From assembly GCA_030704615.1 (NCBI GenBank), contig CM060733.1:15128001-15192000 (forward strand): a DNA stretch of 64,000 nucleotides, in the 5' to 3' direction. The DNA is from Takakia lepidozioides. Taxonomy: Eukaryota; Plantae; Bryophyta. The position numbers and the translations under genes are program-made. Shown here piece after piece: positions 61,701 through 64,000 of this stretch (position 1 is its first letter; each line of letters starts with the position of its first letter). The notes under the pieces are model-generated. The model saw nothing but the letters and a program-made list of their open reading frames with translations, ran no database searches and was not told the origin of the DNA.

Positions 61701-63882
61701 ACATAAACTGAGGATAAATCTTCTGACTGCGTTGTTGATCTTGAAGTTAAAACGGTGAAATGTTGTCCTGTTGGGAGCAGGACCCCTCCATTGGCATCCA
61801 TAACCATGCGCAATTTGGATCTTTACACTACTAATGAATACTGGAGGGTAAGTCAAGAGAAGCAGTTTTTCAGTGCTGGTTCAAAATCCTCCTTCCTTGA
61901 CCTTCTGTTTATTAAGTACCATTTGTGGCTATGTCTCCTAGAGTTGAAGGGCTTTGATTGTGAATGGGTGCATTGAACAGTAGGTTATGCACTTGTCGTT
62001 GGGATACGGAATATTGGATTCTCTGTCACACATTTGGTCTTTTCCATTGAGGTCGATTCCTCATTCCACAGGCTACATAATTGTCAGTTACACACTTGGT
62101 TGAGTGGAACAGGTGGTGCCCTTGAATCAAGCGAGGGAGTTTCCCAACAACAGAAAGGCCATCTATGTCTTCAAGGTATGGTCTTGTATCTCACTGAGAG
62201 GAGGGTCATCTATGTCCTTAAGGTTCACTTACTGCACGTTTCTGGTCTCATTCCAAGTATTCCTTCCTAGCTCACTTTACCTATGAAAATTGGGTCAGAA
62301 GCCCTGTAGGGATAAATTCTTGACGGTGGCTGCTCTACTCTTGGAGTTTACGCAATTATCGGAGACTCATGTTTATGGCCATAGTGTTGCAAGGTTCATC
62401 CAGTGGAGTCGTGGTGGGGCATGACTGCTTTAGGATCCTAGTTTCTAACCCCCAAAGCATTGTGGTACATGGTCGTCATGGATGCAGAAACTGGAATGGG
62501 AGTCGCTTTCTGTTGACCTGCTTCCACACCCCAACATGTTCACTGACGATAGACTTAGCAGCCCTAGCATGGGGGACTCAGAGAGAGATAATGATGGTGC
62601 CAAGCGGTTATTCTTTGGTGGGGAACGCTTTCTGGACAACATTGCGGGGGCTGCCTATGTAATATTAATCCTCTTGCTCACATTTGAACGTGATTGTGGC
62701 TGAGTCTTTGAACCCTAGTGGTTGACACATGCATCTTTACAATACAATGCTGCGTTTGTATGAGCTGATCTCGACGTTTGCAGCAAACAATAAACGTACT
62801 TGTCTTGATGGACATGCCCTTTAAAATTTGTGTTTATGGGTGGTATGTGAGACTTTGCAGATAACAATAAAGAGAACGGAGCAGAACAAACCTCTTGGTC
62901 TTGAGGTCCAGCTACATGTGCCAGAGATTCTTTGTCCTTCATTAAGCGAACCTGGTAAAATACCTCTTCTTGTACCATTGTGTAGGATTCGAGGTTGCTC
63001 TAAGATGTTTTTGTTGCAAACTGGAGGCAGTAATTGGATGCATCCTAGCAGTTGGAAGCATAGTAGAGATTGATTCATTCTTTGCACATGTATGTATAGT
63101 TTTACAAATCTGATTCTTTCGTTGTCAGTTAGTGGTGTGAAAATGGTAGCTGGGGTTTCCCTGCATTCTGCAAAGGTCTCCTGTTTTCGGTGATGATGTT
63201 AGTTCTGGCAAGAGTGGTGACAACCTACGCAGACAAAGTTGCCTTGTTGGAGGCTGCATCTGTGTTCATCAGAGCGTGATTATGCTACGCAGGGTTGCGG
63301 GCTCTGCTACGATTTATGACAGGAATCTACGTCTGTATGAATCGAGGAGATGTTGATGTGAGAAGTACACAGGTATAGTACCTCCAATGATACGACGAAG
63401 TGGTAAAAGGAGTGGGACCTTTCTTGGTTTCAAGCCTTGTCTTTGAGACACTTGGGAGTAATTCCCAGGAGAGTCGCATCCATCTCAATGTTTACTGGAC
63501 TGATGAGCTATCTCGGCCTCATTGCCTTTTCAAAGCACATCTCTGACAAATTGGCAGATCCCTTTAGAAACGTTGTCTCTCTTAACAGCTTTGGCTGTTC
63601 ATTGCCAAAGATGGCAAGACAGTGCAATACATGGTGGTGGACCTGGCAACAACCTTGCAGTGCCTTGAAGTAGTGCCACAGATCATGATGGCAATTGCCA
63701 TGAAATGTCACTGATCAATTTCGTGTGAAATCTCCCAACCTAGAAGCTGGGTTGGATGTCAGTCCATGAGAAGTGTTTTAATTTTTTAACTTGTTTAATT
63801 GTCCTGCAGTCTGATGACGCTGCTGGAAGGACACTGGTGGGAGTGAGGGTTGATCACATATTCCTCTGTATCAAGGACACTG
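58755..63882 (+). CDS. BLTP3/UHRF1BP1-like (chorein-N) bridge-like lipid transfer protein; first 11 exons, gene continues beyond the window
   Basis: MESLLLRALESTLRYWLKTFVREQFKL; DLNGDVLHASIGLPP; PIVVEIDKLEL; GYSDK; LADGMT..TVNL; PLASITMRNL.LYTTNE; YVFK; KLEWESLSVDLLPHP..KRLFFGGERFL; LSEPG; LRALLRF; VDHIFLCIKD; canonical GT-AG junctions. Confidence 0.9.
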
Positions 63883-64000
63883 GTGGGTTTGGACTCTATT
63901 TCTTTCTTTCTTTCTCTCTATCTAATGTGTTGTTCTACTGAGTCACATGGGCCCTTGTGGCCCTCTGTGGACGTTTGAAAGTCGACGAAATGATCTATTG

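Overview
Eukaryotic nuclear DNA from a land plant. It is probably a bryophyte or other non-seed plant, judging by the PLS-PPR gene, plant-type gene families and GT-AG introns, but the species cannot be identified from sequence alone. The first ~21.7 kb is a repeat and pseudogene zone. It holds a tRNA-Pro(CGG), decayed SGT/TPR and PLS-PPR sequences, several 5'-truncated L1-clade LINEs, tRNA-derived SINEs and hAT-type MITEs with CAGTGTTG ends and GTnnnnAC target sites. It also holds a ~7.8-kb TIR-bounded non-coding block with two opposed arrays of palindromic repeats. The rest is gene-rich: an intronless plastid TypA/BipA (SVR3-like), a DUF1664 gene, an atypical bacterial-like family-I pyrophosphatase, a CW+MBD gene, a 13-exon alpha/beta hydrolase, an uclacyanin-type phytocyanin/AGP and the 5' part of a BLTP3/UHRF1BP1-like gene. 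Interspersed are a SPATA20/YyaL gene fragment, a spliced and decayed IS3EU-like (integrase-core) transposase, a doubly inverted LINE and a ~190-bp near-perfect hairpin. All gene models and family assignments were made by eye and from memory of the families; no searches were run.
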